DNA of 64,000 bases, taken from sequence record NC_023610.1; one strand, given 5' to 3'. This document shows, in pieces, positions 62,073 through 64,000 of the stretch. The translations under genes and the position numbers were made by a program. Under the pieces are notes generated by a model. The model ran no database searches and had not been told where the DNA came from. It saw only the letters and a program-made list of their open reading frames with translations. Every line of letters starts with the position of its first letter. The stretch's first letter is position 1.

Positions 62073-64000
62073 AGGAGCTGGAGTAGCATCAGTGGTGGTG
62101 ATGTCGCCAGATACCTTAGCAATAGTGCTGTAGGTAGTACGTTCTGCGATTGCAGCTTCCAGGTTCAGCACGTCGATGACAATCATCAGCGGCAGGAAGT
62201 GGAAGTGACGGTAGCGAGGCGTCAGACGGATTTCGTTCGCGATACGCTGTTCACGAATCATCGCGAAGTTAACGATGTACTCTGGAATCATGCCCAGGAT
62301 GCCGTGGTCCAGCGGATGAATTTCGCTTTCACGTGGCAGGGTGAAGGTCATGATGACTTTGTCTTTCATACGCAGGTCAGAGATTGACGCTACGGTGAAG
62401 TCGAAGCCAATACCAGTGGTACGGTCGTCGCCCTGAATCATCAGGTAGTTCGGCAGACGTTTGTCAGTACCGATTGCAACGTGCGGTTTCGGGTTAGAGC
62501 CCGGGAACGCAGTTTCCAGCGCCGCAGAGTAACCGGTTTTCAGGTCAGCACGGTAGATAGCTTCCTGAATCACGGATACGAACAGACCCTGGATGTCTTC
62601 CACGCGGCCAGCAGAGTTGGTGCTGTTCAGTTCTGCCTGAACGTCCAGCTTGATGCGGCGGAAGTACGGACGAACGTAGTACTGACCCAGACCTTCCAGA
62701 CCCGGCTGAGATTCCAGCGGATGTGCAGTGTCCTGGCCCAGGTAACGTTCCAGGGTGTCAACGCGGTTCAGCAGGGTGGTAACACCCGCGTTACGCAGTT
62801 GCAGACGGTATGCGTTTTGCAGCGCTTCCATACGCGGATAGACTTTTTCGTCGTCAGTCAGCGCAGGTTTCATGATGCACAGCGGGCTCAGAGTTGGAAT
62901 CATGAAGCCGTGTTTCATCACGTCGGAGTCAATCAGCAGACCACGTTCCAGCTGGTTGATGTTGGTCAGGCGGCTTTCCAGGCTGTAACCAGCCGGAGAG
63001 AACGTGATACCAGCAATCAGCGGAGCCAGAGTTGCGTCGGACAGAGCCACTTCCTGACCCTGGGCGTTGAACGCTTTCGCGATACGCAGTTCAGGTGCAC
63101 GAGTGTCACCGTTACCGCTTTCAACGTTCATCTCACCGTCAACCTTGATGCTCAGGTGGATGGTGTAGCCAGCATCTTGCAGCGGCTTCAGGATAGCAGA
63201 AGCAGCTTTAGAGTGCAGCTTGGTGTCCGGGGTAATCGGCAGGCTGTCGTTGTGGAACTTAACAGTGGTCTGACGGAAGTTCATTTCGCGGGTAGCCAGG
63301 TACTGTGCGAAGTTAGAACGGTTCACGTCGAAGTCAACTGCTTCGTTCACGCCACCTTTGCTGACTTTAACAATCAGCTCACCCAGCGCGATACGGCTGT
63401 CCAGTGAATCGGTGTGGTTCGGCGTACCCTTCTGCATACGAGAAGGAGTCTGCGCCAGGTTGATGAGACTGAAGCTACCAACGTTGAACGCCAGGTAGTT
63501 AGTCTGGAACTCTTCACCAGACTGCTCAACAGTGGTCGGAGCAACCAGAGTTGGGTCGATGAAGTATTTTTCGTTTTTGCCGGATTGCAGGCACGGAATC
63601 AGGTCGGTAGTATCCGTTTCCAGGATTTCGTGGTTCAGCAGACCTTCCAGGATGTTACGCTTCTGGAAGTCGCCAGCATCACCAGACTGGTCAGGAGCTT
63701 TCCAACCGTCCCAGACTACGTTACGACGCACGGTCATGATGAAGCCCGCGTTGTCCGGAGTCAGGATTTGGGTTTTGTAGAACAGCTCGTTGAACTCGTG
63801 CTGTTTCGCCGCAGTCATCGCGATGGAGTAAGAGTGCTGACGCCATTCGTCAGTTACTTTCTCATCGAATGATTCCATTGCTGGAAGTGCGCGCGAAGGA
63901 ACAACAGGAATCGCACCGGCCGGGCCAGAAGTAATCTGCTCGTGGCGGATTACGTCGTCAGCTTTAAAGCCAGCACCGGTTTCACCGATATTGCTGTAGT
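62070..64000 (-). CDS. Major capsid protein (phiKZ gp120-like); 5' end lies beyond the window
   Basis: Frame is open to the window end; AME|SFDE prohead-protease-type site; QHEFNELFYKT, NQLERGLLID and PRYRHFHFLP motifs; extreme codon bias; strong terminator. Confidence 0.92.
   Translation of the reverse strand, partial: YSNIGETGAGFKADDVIRHEQITSGPAGAIPVVPSRALPAMESFDEKVTDEWRQHSYSIAMTAAKQHEFNELFYKTQILTPDNAGFIMTVRRNVVWDGWKAPDQSGDAGDFQKRNILEGLLNHEILETDTTDLIPCLQSGKNEKYFIDPTLVAPTTVEQSGEEFQTNYLAFNVGSFSLINLAQTPSRMQKGTPNHTDSLDSRIALGELIVKVSKGGVNEAVDFDVNRSNFAQYLATREMNFRQTTVKFHNDSLPITPDTKLHSKAASAILKPLQDAGYTIHLSIKVDGEMNVESGNGDTRAPELRIAKAFNAQGQEVALSDATLAPLIAGITFSPAGYSLESRLTNINQLERGLLIDSDVMKHGFMIPTLSPLCIMKPALTDDEKVYPRMEALQNAYRLQLRNAGVTTLLNRVDTLERYLGQDTAHPLESQPGLEGLGQYYVRPYFRRIKLDVQAELNSTNSAGRVEDIQGLFVSVIQEAIYRADLKTGYSAALETAFPGSNPKPHVAIGTDKRLPNYLMIQGDDRTTGIGFDFTVASISDLRMKDKVIMTFTLPRESEIHPLDHGILGMIPEYIVNFAMIREQRIANEIRLTPRYRHFHFLPLMIVIDVLNLEAAIAERTTYSTIAKVSGDITTTDATPAP

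Noticed and set aside
62481-63407. 308-aa plus-strand ORF
   Set aside because: Antisense shadow of the highly biased capsid gene.
1-64000. Genome-wide TGA reassignment as an explanation of the capsid extension
   Set aside because: TGA ends many genes with ATGA/TGATG coupling to the next start (8116, 10743, 21041, 26531, 47990, 55772), so TGA is a normal stop here.
1-64000. tRNA genes, inteins, introns and IS elements
   Set aside because: No cloverleaf with a T-loop GTTCRA context in intergenic gaps; RNAP, UvsX and SbcC ORFs look uninterrupted; no transposase motifs recognised.

Overview
A 64-kb segment of a phiKZ-like (Chimalliviridae-type, SPN3US/phiKZ-related) jumbo myophage genome. It runs from the 3' end of a large tail protein carrying a GH19 muramidase domain (left edge) to the 3' part of the major capsid protein gene (right edge). 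Core genes include a virion RNA polymerase beta C-terminal subunit, a non-virion RNAP beta subunit, UvsX, RNase H, an SbcC-like ATPase, dTMP kinase, a RuvC-like resolvase, portal, baseplate/spike/tail-fibre proteins and an embedded Rz/Rz1 spanin pair. Accessory small genes cluster at about 4-12.4 kb and 25-28 kb. The top finding is at the capsid gene. Its stop (CCT-TGA-ACT, Pro-UGA-A) is followed in frame by 18 sense codons (TPLSQAIVNPQLNGFTKP) that match an L-x-x-A-I-x4-L-x-G-F-x-x-P motif found in three baseplate-region virion proteins in this window. This suggests programmed stop read-through giving a minor capsid isoform with a docking peptide. Other leads: a ~130-nt multi-stem/pseudoknot-capable non-coding element at 12.46-12.59 kb, two exact repeated gene-start motifs (GTTAAAACTACGGAG x5; TTAAATAAGGGGTTGTC x3), a catalytically degenerate thymidylate-synthase-like protein, and a family of virion proteins sharing a 10-aa N-terminal M-x-E-x-x-L-x-G-K-K tag. 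All homology calls are from sequence recognition only; no searches were run.
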